A stretch of 64,000 nucleotides of DNA from Thermoplasmata archaeon (GCA_028864975.1 JAGWLG010000008.1:55884-119883), one strand, 5' to 3'. Shown: positions 1 to 9,614, numbered from the stretch's first letter. Made by a program: numbers and translations. Notes: generated by a model from the letters alone, not told the origin.

Positions 1-153
1 TCCTGGCGGCTGAAGGTCGGCGAGTACCGGGCCATCTACTACCTGCTCCCAGGCCTCGTCGTGGACTTCTACTGCTTCGGAGAAAGGAACGCACTCTACT
101 CCCGCTTCAAGCTCATGTTCGACCTCGGGTTCCTCCCCGAGAAGCCGGACTAG
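1..153 (+). CDS. RelE/ParE-family toxin-like protein, 3' part (5' end outside window)
   Basis: Frame 1 reads SWRLKVGEYRAIYYLLPGLVVDFYCFGERNALYSRF...*; matches RelE-type WRLRVGDYRIIY signature; not in ORF track. Confidence 0.6.
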   Translation, partial: SWRLKVGEYRAIYYLLPGLVVDFYCFGERNALYSRFKLMFDLGFLPEKPD

Positions 154-154
154 C

Positions 155-526
155 TCAGTACGGTCTCAGGAGCTTCGCTGAAGGGTCCCTCCGGTGAAGG
201 ATTCGCGCACGGTCATCGAAGTGCGTCAGGTCCCGGTCCCGGATTTCGCGGAGCTTGAAGTCGTAGAGTGCCTCGTCGCGCGTGGCCGGTCTCAGCGACC
301 GGTCGAACTCGTCCTCGTTCATCTGGGAGGCATCGAGCCAAAAGTCCGGCTCCGGGCAACCGAGCGAGCGCACCTCTGCCTCCTCGATTCTCCGGCCGAC
401 GTCCGGTCTCGCGGTCAGAATCCCCACCTGGTGGCCGGCACTCTTGAGCGCCGCCATGATGACGCAGAGGTCCCGCCCGTGGGGACCGAACAGCGTATCG
501 TCCAGGTCGAAGGAGAAGCCGCTCAC
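155..526 (-). CDS. HAD-superfamily phosphatase (minimal, capless)
   Basis: Motif I FDLDDTL, motif II LTAR, motif IV FDD. Confidence 0.8.
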   Translation of the reverse strand: MSGFSFDLDDTLFGPHGRDLCVIMAALKSAGHQVGILTARPDVGRRIEEAEVRSLGCPEPDFWLDASQMNEDEFDRSLRPATRDEALYDFKLREIRDRDLTHFDDRARILHRRDPSAKLLRPY

Positions 527-550
527 GAACTAGGCCACGGGTGCCGCGCC

Positions 551-775
551 TTATTGAGCCTTCTCTGTACCCTCAATCTTCCAGTTCTTCGAGACGACCC
601 CAGTTATTCGGAGCCACCCTATGGTACACGCCAAGCTCACTAACTCCTGGACCCATAGGAACGCCGCCAGGAATCTCAGGGTCAGGTTGAGGGTCACCAT
701 CACGAGCATCGTGAACCCGATGGTGTAGACGATGACCTCCATCACCACCTGGCGCTTGCCTAGCGAGAGCGCCAT
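551..775 (-). CDS. Small membrane protein
   Basis: 74 aa, two hydrophobic segments, co-oriented between GGR and HAD. Confidence 0.5.
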   Translation of the reverse strand: MALSLGKRQVVMEVIVYTIGFTMLVMVTLNLTLRFLAAFLWVQELVSLACTIGWLRITGVVSKNWKIEGTEKAQ

Positions 776-778
776 TGG

Positions 779-2023
779 TCAACCCGCGAGCGCCTTCCAC
801 AGCCGCCCGGCCTTCCACAGCGTCTTGATGGGACGGAACCCTTTCTTCCTCACGAATCGGAGCAGGTCCCGCCGCACCGTGTAAGGGTTGAAGTCACCCT
901 CCGGCATCGGGAACTCGCAGAACCAGGTGAAGAACTGGCGGAGGTCAGCGTCACTCATGGAGAGGATGGTCTGTTTCATCGCCCACCGTGCGCGCATCTC
1001 CTTCGTGTACGGACGCACCAACGGCTCGTAGTGGTCCGGCTGACCCTCGGCGACGGTCCTCGCGGCCATGACCCCCGATGCGAGGGCCTGGTGGATGCCG
1101 CCCCCAGTCACGGGGTCGCATAGCCTGGCCGAGTCACCGATGGAGAGGACCCGACCGGCGTGCAGCGTCCTCGGTGGCCTGTAGGTCGGGATGATTCCGC
1201 CCTCGCGCTGCAAGGGCTTCGTGTCGTAGCGCGGGTTCTGCTTCAGCCACCGGTTGAAGAACGTCTTCGTGGCAATGGTTCTACCCGCCTCGTCCTTCAC
1301 ACTGATGGGGGTACCGATTCCGACACGCCTTGCGGGTCTACCCTTGAACGAGCACGGGAAGTCCCAGATGTATCCGGCCGGAGAAGTAGACCCAATCCAC
1401 ATCCCGACCTGGTCCTTGGGTAGCACCGCATTCTCCTCGATGGTCTGCTCGAAACCCATATGGAAACTCTCGGGTTCCAGTTCCCTCACGATGCCGAACT
1501 TGCGGGAGACCCGTGCGTCGTAGCCACCGGCGTCGAGCACCCAGCGTGTCGTCACCAATCGTACAGTCTTCCCGTCCCTCACCGCGACGTGGTATCCTCC
1601 GTCCGACCTCACGACGTCCTCGACTGCGCACGAATGCCACGCCGTCAACCCCTTTGACAGCGAGAACCGTTCGAGCCTCCCCAGGAAGTCGTCCTCGTTC
1701 AGGACGAAGCCAAGGTCCCCGGCCAACAGGTTCGTGTTGTTGAGGATACGCTTCTTCTCCGGTGCGTCTCCCGGGATGAAGATGCGGAAGGAGTTGATGG
1801 GACTGGAGACGGAAGATTCGACTGGCGGGAAGCCGAGCTTCTTCAACCAGAAGGAGGCGATGCCCGAGGTCGAGGCCGCGGGATAACCAGCGCGACCCCG
1901 GCGGTCCACCAGGAGTGCCTTGTGCGCGAGCCCGAGCTTCGCTAGTTCGTGCGCCGCCGCCTGCCCGCCGTAACCCCCGCCGACGATGACCACCTGATAC
2001 GCCGTTTCCCTCCCCGGTACCAT
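779..2023 (-). CDS. Geranylgeranyl reductase family FAD oxidoreductase (digeranylgeranylglycerophospholipid reductase-like)
   Basis: VVIVGGGYGG Rossmann motif, SPAGYIWDFP (PxxYxWxFP GGR signature), GDSARLCDPVTGGGIHQALASG; likely start ATG 2023. Confidence 0.88.
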   Translation of the reverse strand: MVPGRETAYQVVIVGGGYGGQAAAHELAKLGLAHKALLVDRRGRAGYPAASTSGIASFWLKKLGFPPVESSVSSPINSFRIFIPGDAPEKKRILNNTNLLAGDLGFVLNEDDFLGRLERFSLSKGLTAWHSCAVEDVVRSDGGYHVAVRDGKTVRLVTTRWVLDAGGYDARVSRKFGIVRELEPESFHMGFEQTIEENAVLPKDQVGMWIGSTSPAGYIWDFPCSFKGRPARRVGIGTPISVKDEAGRTIATKTFFNRWLKQNPRYDTKPLQREGGIIPTYRPPRTLHAGRVLSIGDSARLCDPVTGGGIHQALASGVMAARTVAEGQPDHYEPLVRPYTKEMRARWAMKQTILSMSDADLRQFFTWFCEFPMPEGDFNPYTVRRDLLRFVRKKGFRPIKTLWKAGRLWKALAG

Positions 2024-2060
2024 TGACGCTTCCCCGCTGGCCACCTCATAGCGAATGGGG

Positions 2061-2085
2061 TATAAGCACTTGTTCTACTACCCCT
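2061..2085 (+). promoter_or_regulatory. TATA-like box (TATAAG) plus TTCTACTACCCCT motif in divergent promoter
   Basis: AT-rich island 30 bp upstream of ATG 2091; motif recurs at 34750, 38270, 61789. Confidence 0.6.
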
Positions 2086-2090
2086 CGCCG

Positions 2091-2549
2091 ATGCCCGAGG
2101 CCGAGGTCATCGACGTCCGCGCTCCCCCTGCCCCTGAGACCAAGAAGTCCGGCGGAGGTGCCGGTGGCAAGCGCAAGTACGAGAAGGGGCAACCGGCCAA
2201 CGAGCACCCGAACTGGAACATCCAGGCCCGCGCGATTGCGCGCACCGACTTCGACCTCGTCAAGGCCGCGGCGGAACAGCGCGGCATCGGCCAAGCGCAA
2301 CTCATCGCTGAGGTGATGCACCTGTGGTGCTCCGACCCGAATCTCCTCGTCTACAACGCTCTCTACGCAGAGTGGGAGCGGAACTACCAGGGGAACTACT
2401 CGTTCCCGTGCCGGTCGTGCAAGAACTCCTTGAATCTCACCCCGAAGTTCTGGAAGGAATACGTCTGGCCACGCATCGCCCGGCTCACGGACCAGCGGCT
2501 CTTTCCGCGGTTCCGGTGCCGGAACTGCGCCTCGCGGACCAAAAAGTAG
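2091..2549 (+). CDS. Putative transcription regulator (RHH-like N-part, C-terminal CxxC...CxxC Zn finger)
   Basis: RTDFDLVKAAAEQRGIGQAQLIAEVM helix pair; CRSC and CRNC motifs. Confidence 0.5.
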   Translation: MPEAEVIDVRAPPAPETKKSGGGAGGKRKYEKGQPANEHPNWNIQARAIARTDFDLVKAAAEQRGIGQAQLIAEVMHLWCSDPNLLVYNALYAEWERNYQGNYSFPCRSCKNSLNLTPKFWKEYVWPRIARLTDQRLFPRFRCRNCASRTKK

Positions 2550-2579
2550 GTCTTAAAAAGGTGTCTGAGCTTCCCTGGG

Positions 2580-3707
2580 TTGGGGAAGAAGGTGGCCGGT
2601 GCAAGTGCCTACGCTTCCGGGGTCGCATCTGTGACCGGCGAAGGGGACAAGGACCCGGTTGCCGAAGAGCAGCGGGCATCAGGCCCCCTGACCGAGGACC
2701 CCGAAATCTTCGCCCGACGTATCGACCTCCGCAGCAAAATCACCGGCATCCTGCTGCGCGTCAAGCGCCTCTCTAAGGTCTACGACGAGAAGACCGAACT
2801 CCTCCAGAAGCTCAACGACTACAAGAACCGGCTCTCGACCGGGCGCAACGTCGGCCCGGAAATCCTCGACCTCATCGTGAGCGAACTCAACGGCGAAGTG
2901 ACGCCGGAACTCCTTGCTCTCGAAGCCGACATGGAGTTGCACGGGTACCCACCTGACCTCCCCGCCGGTGTCCAGGGGAACAACGGTCACGCCCTCGCCA
3001 AGAAGGACGAGGTAGCGATTCCGCGCATCATCGGCTCGACCAACTTCGGGAAGATGACGGACCGGGAGTGGAAGGAGTTCATCCAGAGCACTCCTGCCGA
3101 AACCATCCGCGCCGCCGCCTCCGGGTCGAAGGGCTCCGACGGGGAGAACGGTAACTCCAAGCTGTTGGAACGCCTCATGGACACCCAGCAGAAGTTCTTT
3201 GAGGAGCGGTTCGCGCAGCTTCGCTCTCAAGCGAACTGGAACCCGTTCGAGATGTTCGACACGCTCCGCCAGCACAACATCCCCGTCGTGATTGGAGGAG
3301 TTGGGGCTGGTGCGACGGACCCGGCCACGGCCAAGGTACAGGGCACCCACGAACTCGTGAAGACCGTCGTCCAGGGGCACAACCAGACCAAGAACCAACT
3401 CCTCACCATCCTCGGCCCGTTGGCCCGGGACGAAATCAAGCAGCGCCGACGACAGCACTACGGCTCCGCTCCGGTCGTGCACCAGTACTCCGCTGACGAA
3501 GCGGCCTCGCTCGCCGAGGAGCAATCCACGGCCGACGCCCGGGAGCGCGAGGAAGAGGAGAACGAGGAGCACGACGAACAGGTGACCTTCCATGGTCACA
3601 ATGGTCACGACGGCGACGGCGGGCCGGACACCGGGCCCGACAACGGCTCCGACCGCTCTCAGCCTCGCAACGGGAACGGCAATGGAGGTGCGCGCCGTGG
3701 CCGGTGA
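2580..3707 (+). CDS. Hypothetical protein, helical with acidic low-complexity C-terminus
   Basis: 375-aa ORF with strong coding bias; TTAAAA box at 2553-2558; exact start uncertain. Confidence 0.7.
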   Translation: MGKKVAGASAYASGVASVTGEGDKDPVAEEQRASGPLTEDPEIFARRIDLRSKITGILLRVKRLSKVYDEKTELLQKLNDYKNRLSTGRNVGPEILDLIVSELNGEVTPELLALEADMELHGYPPDLPAGVQGNNGHALAKKDEVAIPRIIGSTNFGKMTDREWKEFIQSTPAETIRAAASGSKGSDGENGNSKLLERLMDTQQKFFEERFAQLRSQANWNPFEMFDTLRQHNIPVVIGGVGAGATDPATAKVQGTHELVKTVVQGHNQTKNQLLTILGPLARDEIKQRRRQHYGSAPVVHQYSADEAASLAEEQSTADAREREEEENEEHDEQVTFHGHNGHDGDGGPDTGPDNGSDRSQPRNGNGNGGARRGR

Positions 3708-4530
3708 ACCCTCCAGCATCCCCTCCGACGCCCAGGTCCTCGTCAAGGAGAAGGACGGTGTCGAGGACAAGACCTACGTGTACGACGACGGGAAGAACAT
3801 CGTCGTGGAACGCAACCTGGACTTCGAGCCCGGGTCCGAACCTGCTCCCCTCGGGAAGAGGGAGGGCGTGACACTTCAGGCCGGGCGCCGGAACATCAAG
3901 GGGCACGACTACCACACCGTGCGCAAGGTGTTCTACGAGAAGGCGAAGGGGTTCGACGTGGCCAAGGTGATGGCGGAACTGCCGAAGCTCCTGGAGTACG
4001 AGGGGAAGTGCCCCCACTGCTCGAAGGCCGCGGAGGCGGCGAAGCCGCTGCGGGTTCCCGGAAGTGCGCAGCCCGCGAAAACTGGAGGCTCCTCCAGAAC
4101 GCCGCGCCAGCCGAAGGTCCCCAAGCCCGCGGACTGGTCGAAGCTCCCTGCCCCCGCGTTCAAGCCGCGCCCGCCGCCGCGACCGAAGTCCGCTCCTCCT
4201 GCGCCGGGCTCATCCCGGGCCCCCGCTCCATCCGGTCCCACTGCTCCCCCGGAGACCGGGGCTCCCGGCACCGGCCCGTTCCACATCGCAGAGGAAGGGG
4301 CGACCGTTCCCCGCTCCGGCTTCCTCGGGTTCGGTGTCGTGGGCTCGCTCGGAGTCCTACCGTCGTCCGGCCCGCGGTCCGGCCGCGTCGCCGAGCCCGG
4401 CCGCATGCGCTCCAGCATCCCCCACGTCCCCCGCCCCGGACTCCTCAAGGACATCGGCGGCGACGCGCGGGAGGCCATCGACAAGCTCAAGCAGAACAGA
4501 CCGCGCCTCTCTGAGGTGTTCAGCTTCTGA
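3697..4530 (+). CDS. Hypothetical protein with CPHC and long Pro-rich region
   Basis: GTG 3697 after GGAGGTG RBS, overlaps upstream stop. Confidence 0.7.
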   Translation: MAGEPSSIPSDAQVLVKEKDGVEDKTYVYDDGKNIVVERNLDFEPGSEPAPLGKREGVTLQAGRRNIKGHDYHTVRKVFYEKAKGFDVAKVMAELPKLLEYEGKCPHCSKAAEAAKPLRVPGSAQPAKTGGSSRTPRQPKVPKPADWSKLPAPAFKPRPPPRPKSAPPAPGSSRAPAPSGPTAPPETGAPGTGPFHIAEEGATVPRSGFLGFGVVGSLGVLPSSGPRSGRVAEPGRMRSSIPHVPRPGLLKDIGGDAREAIDKLKQNRPRLSEVFSF

Positions 4531-4874
4531 TGCCGAAGAAGGCCCCTCCCTCCAAGGGCCGCTCTTCTTCCAAGGGCGCGCCGGTGCCTCGTGTTAGTCC
4601 TGCCGCGTCTTTGCCGACTGCGCTCCCTCCCCCCCAGCCCGAACTTGCTGTCCTCCCGCAGGCCTCTCATATCCCTCTCCAGGGTCCCGCCAACGGCGAG
4701 ACCGAGTACAAGATGATGGGGAGGTACCGCGTGCGCCGTGAGACGTGGAACCTGTTCCACCAGGCGATGTCCCGGCGCTTCGGCTCACCTCATGGTCACA
4801 CGAACGACTGCCTCGACATGGCGCTCGAACAGTGGAGCCGTTCGATGCTCGCCGCCCAGAACGCCTGGCTCTGA
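4530..4874 (+). CDS. Hypothetical protein, possible C-terminal RHH
   Basis: TGATG coupling; YRVRRETWNLF..AM...DCLDMALEQW strand-helix-helix pattern. Confidence 0.5.
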   Translation: MPKKAPPSKGRSSSKGAPVPRVSPAASLPTALPPPQPELAVLPQASHIPLQGPANGETEYKMMGRYRVRRETWNLFHQAMSRRFGSPHGHTNDCLDMALEQWSRSMLAAQNAWL

Positions 4875-4890
4875 AACAGGGGAAGAGAAG

Positions 4891-5178
4891 ATGTCCGCGA
4901 AGCCCACCAAGAACGACAAGGCCGAGTACCTCCGACGCATCACGAACACCGAGGTCCACTTCGAGAACCTCTCGAACGACGACATCGACCTGCTCTACGA
5001 ACTGTTCCTGGCCCGGCTGCCGGAACTCGCCGCCCACATCACCCAGTTCAAGGCGAAGGAGCGCGTCGATACTGTCTCCGCGCAAATCCTGGGACAGGTC
5101 GGGCAGAACTTCCCCCTGGTCAACGCCTTCCTCGACAAGGCCAAGACCGCCGCGTCGGGACACGGCGCTATCCTCTAG
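4891..5178 (+). CDS. Hypothetical helical protein
   Basis: ATG 4891 after purine-rich RBS, coding bias. Confidence 0.65.
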   Translation: MSAKPTKNDKAEYLRRITNTEVHFENLSNDDIDLLYELFLARLPELAAHITQFKAKERVDTVSAQILGQVGQNFPLVNAFLDKAKTAASGHGAIL

Positions 5179-5199
5179 GTACAGGTAGGAGGGACGGGC

Positions 5200-5583
5200 G
5201 TGGCGCACCCCCATCGCACCAAGCAGCGCGCCGTCGAGCGCGAGGTCCGACGCGCCGGGCTCCCTCCCCCCGCGAGCAAGCTCGGCTGGCATGTCGCCTT
5301 CGTCCCGACTACCCCAGAGGTCCTCAAGTCCATGGGCGACCCGGACGCCGGTGTCCCCTACGCCTGCAAGAGTGTCCCCAACGGGGATGGTACGTACAGG
5401 GACGAGTTCTACCGGTTCGACCGGGTCGAGGACTTCCAGGCCGCGCTGATGCGTGACAGCAAGCTGCGGACCCTCGTTGAGCAGTGGCAAGCCAAAGGGT
5501 TCCGGGCCATGCCGGTCCCCGCGACTCCGAAGGACCGAATCGTGGGTGGCCTCGGGGAACGACGGGAGTTCCTCTCGTCCTGA
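5200..5583 (+). CDS. Hypothetical protein
   Basis: GTG after GGAGG RBS. Confidence 0.65.
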   Translation: MAHPHRTKQRAVEREVRRAGLPPPASKLGWHVAFVPTTPEVLKSMGDPDAGVPYACKSVPNGDGTYRDEFYRFDRVEDFQAALMRDSKLRTLVEQWQAKGFRAMPVPATPKDRIVGGLGERREFLSS

Positions 5584-5588
5584 GAACT

Positions 5589-5630
5589 CTTTCGACACTT
5601 TCACTACTTTCGCGGCTTGCCCTTTATACC
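5589..5630 (+). promoter_or_regulatory. Promoter of putative virion operon: CTTTCGACACTTTCAC motif followed by TTTATA box
   Basis: TTTATA 5623-5628, 35 bp before ATG 5663; upstream motif recurs at 39208 and 40610. Confidence 0.6.
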
Positions 5631-5662
5631 CCGCCCCACTCGCAGAGGGTTGAGGTCCCACA

Positions 5663-5869
5663 ATGGCCGTAAGCGACATCGGCAGCCGACTCGTCTACCG
5701 CGACCGAATGCAGAACATCCGGGACGCCGTGGAGACCTTCCGGGACAGGAGCGCAGACGAGGCCGTCATCGGCCTGGTCTCGGGCTTCGGTCACAACAAC
5801 CGGAAGCTCCTCCTCGGACGCACCCAGGCGAACGGAGCCAGCAAGTTCGCCCCCGAAGGAGGGTTCTGA
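5663..5869 (+). CDS. Small hypothetical protein
   Basis: 68-aa ORF directly after TATA box. Confidence 0.55.
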   Translation: MAVSDIGSRLVYRDRMQNIRDAVETFRDRSADEAVIGLVSGFGHNNRKLLLGRTQANGASKFAPEGGF

Positions 5870-5917
5870 GCACCCCCCCGGGTGACTCAGCACTCTAGAA
5901 GGAGGTAGAAGAGCAAC

Positions 5918-6187
5918 ATGACGCTCGCTACCGCTCTCTCCGCCGCGCAGACCGCCCGGGCCTCGGCCCGCTCCGCGGCTGCCAGCGCCGTCACCGCGAC
6001 GCTCGCCTCGGTGAAGTCGGTCCGCGCCAGCGTGGCCGCCTTCGCTCCGTTCTCCGGGGCCGCGCTCTCCGCGCTGGTCTCGACCCCGCTCGTGTCCATC
6101 TCGGCGGCCCCCGCGCCCGCCGCCGCGCCCGCCCCCGCCACGGAGCTTGGCACTGGCCTCAACAACGGGAGCAACGCGCTCCTCTAG
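5918..6187 (+). CDS. Ala/Ser-rich small protein (putative virion protein)
   Basis: Strong RBS GAAGGAGGT; Ala-rich amphipathic sequence. Confidence 0.6.
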   Translation: MTLATALSAAQTARASARSAAASAVTATLASVKSVRASVAAFAPFSGAALSALVSTPLVSISAAPAPAAAPAPATELGTGLNNGSNALL

Positions 6188-6221
6188 GTAGTCCAGGTCA
6201 AGTGAAAGGAGGAACAAGAAC

Positions 6222-6863
6222 ATGAGCAACAACAACTTGGGAGACATGGCCGAGGACTCCGTCCTCGCCTACGCCGGACTCAACCCGACCGCGAAGGCCT
6301 ACCAGTCCTACGTGGACATCTCCATCGCCGACGATGGGGTGTCCGTGCAGGACCAGCCGGAAGCCTCCGCTCCGGGCGGGTCCACCGGGTACGCCGTGGT
6401 GAACGCCGCCGACAACACCTCGGGCGCCGCACCCCCGAAGACCTACCACACGAACTTCGGGTGGATGACCCTGCGCTCGGGCGAGGTGGTCCGCGTCTTC
6501 TACGACTTCCAGATGAAGACCGTGGACGCGACGCTCCGGCTCACCCACGCCTCGGCGACCGCCACGCCCGGCGGAGCCGCGAACTTCAAGCAGGGGGACT
6601 CCGTCCTCGTGCAGAAGGGCAAGTGGGGAGGCGCCGCCTACAAGGCCGGCACCACCCCGACGGGAACCCTCAAGGCCCACCTGGGCGCCACCACGAGCGA
6701 GGGCGCGACCGGTGTCGTGCCCAAGCTGGACCAGGGGACCCCCGTCAACGTCGCGGCCGGCGAGGACATCGCTGTGGTCTTCGGGCTCGCCACCGCTCCC
6801 GCGCAGCACGCGGTGGGCGTCTACGGGCTCCACTACATCGGTCTCTCGACCGCGGTCGTCTGA
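6222..6863 (+). CDS. Candidate major virion protein, beta-strand rich
   Basis: Strong RBS GAAAGGAGG, very biased codons, followed by terminator; Gly/Thr/Ala-rich beta pattern (PVNVAAGEDIAVVF); function inferred. Confidence 0.55.
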   Translation: MSNNNLGDMAEDSVLAYAGLNPTAKAYQSYVDISIADDGVSVQDQPEASAPGGSTGYAVVNAADNTSGAAPPKTYHTNFGWMTLRSGEVVRVFYDFQMKTVDATLRLTHASATATPGGAANFKQGDSVLVQKGKWGGAAYKAGTTPTGTLKAHLGATTSEGATGVVPKLDQGTPVNVAAGEDIAVVFGLATAPAQHAVGVYGLHYIGLSTAVV

Positions 6864-6885
6864 GCCCACCCCGGGTGAACGCCCA

Positions 6886-6940
6886 AGCTGACCGGAGGGA
6901 GTAGCTTCCCTCTCCCTCCGGTCGGCTCAACCCTTTTTTC
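6886..6940 (+). terminator. Hairpin plus T-tract terminator
   Basis: GCTGACCGGAGGGA / TCCCTCCGGTCGGC stem (one G-U) followed by TTTTTT 6934-6939. Confidence 0.8.
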
Positions 6941-6969
6941 TCTCACCCGCGGGGAGCAACAGCACACCG

Positions 6970-9120
6970 ATGACGGACAATGACCTCGTGAGCTACCCGC
7001 GAACCGGGCGCGATGGTCTCCTCGCGGCAGTTCAGACGCCGCAGTCCCTAGCGGACTATCTCTTCAACCTCGAAGGCTTCATCGCCACTTTCACCGGGGC
7101 CGACCCGACGCCCCATAGCGTCCTCGCCCCCATCACGTTCCTGGAGGGCGTGACCTTTGCTGGAGGGGTGACCTTCAGCGGCGGCGGTGGATTGGTCGGG
7201 TGCGTCCCCATCGACTCCATCTGCCCACCCTCGGGAACTCTGACCGTCAACGGGAACCTGACCGTGACCGGTGCGGAGACCATCGACCTCACGGAGACCG
7301 TTCTCGGGCTCTTGACCGTCAATGTCGCGGCCGGCAACATTGCGGAGTTCCAGGTCGGGGGGGTGACCAAGGCGCACATCGACGCCAACGGGACGTACCA
7401 AGCCGGTGGCTCCAGCGGCTACGGGCTCTCCGGCATCAGCATCGACGCCGGTGTTGTGTCGTACAACGTCACGCTTCAGGATGGGTCCACGGTCCGCTTC
7501 ACCAGTGAACTTGTCGCGGGGTACACCGCCGGAGCCGCCGAGGTGTGGACCCTGGCGACGCAGAACGTCGGGTTCCCGCTTGCGACGCTGTACGGCGGCG
7601 CCGCCACGGCCGGAACCATCCAGCTTTGGGGCCGGGCCGGGACGGACTACGCCGCTATCAACATCCTCGGCGGACTCGGGGGAGCCTTCCAGGCTATCGC
7701 TGACCCCAGCGGGGACTCCGTGTACTACGCCTACTCCTACCTGCGCGGAGGACAGGCAGCGTCACTACCCATCCAGGGGTACAACGGAGCGGCGTTCGTT
7801 ACCGTGGCGACACTGACCCAAGCGGCGACACCGACGTTCGACCTCGCGGCCGGGAGGTTGACCGGGGGATTCAATCTCAATGCGCAGACCCTCACCGGGA
7901 ACGCTATCCTGACAGGGTTCCCCTACGCGCTCTCCGGCACCACCCTCGCCACCGGAGGGACCATCCTCCAGGCGTTCAGCGATGGGGGAGGCGTGCACAT
8001 CATGGATATGCTACTCGCCGGGACGGTCCTCTCGTTCGACAGCAACTCTACCATCCCCATCAGCAAGAACCCCACCTATCAGTTTGGGAAGAACGTAAAT
8101 GTCGTCTTTCCAATCGGTGAGAAGAACCGATTCGCTGTCTTTGGTAGCACCGGTGGCCTCTCGCTCCAAGCAGCGGACTCAACCGACCCGGTCACCCCCA
8201 ATGGTCTCTTCTCGCTCAACAACACCCTCGACGACGGCACCACCGGCGCCGCCACCTTCGCCGGTCTCCTCACCATGTCCGCCGGGGCCAATCTCACCGG
8301 CACCCTCGCCTGGGTCAACGCCCAGACGGTCACCCTGAGCCTCACCGCGCAGACCATCGGGGCTGCGACGCTCACCGTCCCCAACTTCGCGGGGGTCAGT
8401 GACACCTTCGCCTTCCTCACCCTGGCCCAGACCTTTGCCGGCGTCAAGACCTTCAGCGCGACCGCCGCGTTCACCAACGCAAGTCCGTTCTCCATGACCA
8501 ATGCACAGGTCGTGACCGTGACCCTCACCGCCCAGACCGTCGGGGCCTCGACCCTCACCGTCCCGAACTTCGCGGGGGCCTCTGACACCTTCGCGTTCCT
8601 CACCTTGACTCAGACCCTCGCTAACAAGACCCTCGGCGCCGGCACCCTCCTTGGTGTGAGCCTTCTCCCGACCGCCGACAACACCTACCGACTCGGGTCC
8701 GCGGCCTTGCGCATCACGGGTGTCTCGGTCAGCAGCGACTTCTCCGTCTACGCCGCCGCCTCCGACGCCTTCGCCGCCGCCGTGCTCGGTCCCTCCGGAC
8801 TCCTCCTCGGACCGGGAGGCGCCGGTGCTGGTGACACCCACTGGCAGCGGCAGAGCGTTGGGGTCATCGGCGGAGCGCACATCCTTACCTCGGGCGGTGG
8901 CACCGCGCCCACGGCCGTTGTGGTTCCGGCCTCCGGCACCGCCTACACACCCTCCGCGACGCAAAACACCGTCGTCATGTCGTCAGGAGGCGTTGTCAGC
9001 GGCATCGCCATCAACGGCGTCGCCACCGGGCTTACCAGTGGAACCTTCTACCTCAAGGCCAGCGACACCATCACCTGGACGTACACCGGTGCTCCGTCAG
9101 CCGTCCAGATGAACGCTTGA
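6970..9120 (+). CDS. Fibre/spike-like repeat protein A (716 aa)
   Basis: G/A/T-rich; repeats TLTVPNFAGxSDTFAFLTLxQT and QTLANKTL; N-terminus shared with 9615-11510; distinct C-terminal domain. Confidence 0.75.
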   Translation: MTDNDLVSYPRTGRDGLLAAVQTPQSLADYLFNLEGFIATFTGADPTPHSVLAPITFLEGVTFAGGVTFSGGGGLVGCVPIDSICPPSGTLTVNGNLTVTGAETIDLTETVLGLLTVNVAAGNIAEFQVGGVTKAHIDANGTYQAGGSSGYGLSGISIDAGVVSYNVTLQDGSTVRFTSELVAGYTAGAAEVWTLATQNVGFPLATLYGGAATAGTIQLWGRAGTDYAAINILGGLGGAFQAIADPSGDSVYYAYSYLRGGQAASLPIQGYNGAAFVTVATLTQAATPTFDLAAGRLTGGFNLNAQTLTGNAILTGFPYALSGTTLATGGTILQAFSDGGGVHIMDMLLAGTVLSFDSNSTIPISKNPTYQFGKNVNVVFPIGEKNRFAVFGSTGGLSLQAADSTDPVTPNGLFSLNNTLDDGTTGAATFAGLLTMSAGANLTGTLAWVNAQTVTLSLTAQTIGAATLTVPNFAGVSDTFAFLTLAQTFAGVKTFSATAAFTNASPFSMTNAQVVTVTLTAQTVGASTLTVPNFAGASDTFAFLTLTQTLANKTLGAGTLLGVSLLPTADNTYRLGSAALRITGVSVSSDFSVYAAASDAFAAAVLGPSGLLLGPGGAGAGDTHWQRQSVGVIGGAHILTSGGGTAPTAVVVPASGTAYTPSATQNTVVMSSGGVVSGIAINGVATGLTSGTFYLKASDTITWTYTGAPSAVQMNA

Positions 9121-9135
9121 AAGAGGAGAGGAAAC

Positions 9136-9612
9136 ATGCCGGGATTCCATGGAGTGCGCTGCCGCCGAGCCGCGATTGCCGACGGGGATGGGGTCTTCCT
9201 CTCCCAGCGCCCGCACAGCGCTAGCCTTGTGCTCCCCGCCGAGTTCTCGAACACCAACCATCTGTGGCTTGTGACCCAGGCGTCCGTGGTCACCGCGCCG
9301 GAAGGACCCCGGGTCGTGGCCCAGAAGAACTACTGGTTCGATTCCATGAACGAGGCCGACCAGGCGTTCGTGGGACTCGCCGCGGACCTGGGACACTCGC
9401 TCCAGATGGCCCGGCACCCGTCGGACCTCCGGGTCCATCAGACCGGCACCCCGCCCACGGGCGCGTCGCCGCCGCGGCCGGTCTTCGGCTCTCCACCCTC
9501 ACCGTCCCCGGCTGCACCGGCCCCCGCGCAACCCGCGCCCGATGTGCCCGCGGCGGATGACACTCCCGAGCCCCCCACGAAGAAAGCACCCACCAAGAAG
9601 AAGAGGAACTGA
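9136..9612 (+). CDS. Hypothetical protein between fibres, Pro-rich linker and basic tail
   Basis: RBS GAGGAG; ends KKAPTKKKRN. Confidence 0.65.
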   Translation: MPGFHGVRCRRAAIADGDGVFLSQRPHSASLVLPAEFSNTNHLWLVTQASVVTAPEGPRVVAQKNYWFDSMNEADQAFVGLAADLGHSLQMARHPSDLRVHQTGTPPTGASPPRPVFGSPPSPSPAAPAPAQPAPDVPAADDTPEPPTKKAPTKKKRN

Positions 9613-9614
9613 AC

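Noticed and set aside
5868-6880. Short CACCC...GGGTG hairpins after stops at 5869 and 6863
   Set aside because: Only 5-bp stems in GC-rich DNA; not distinguishable from chance
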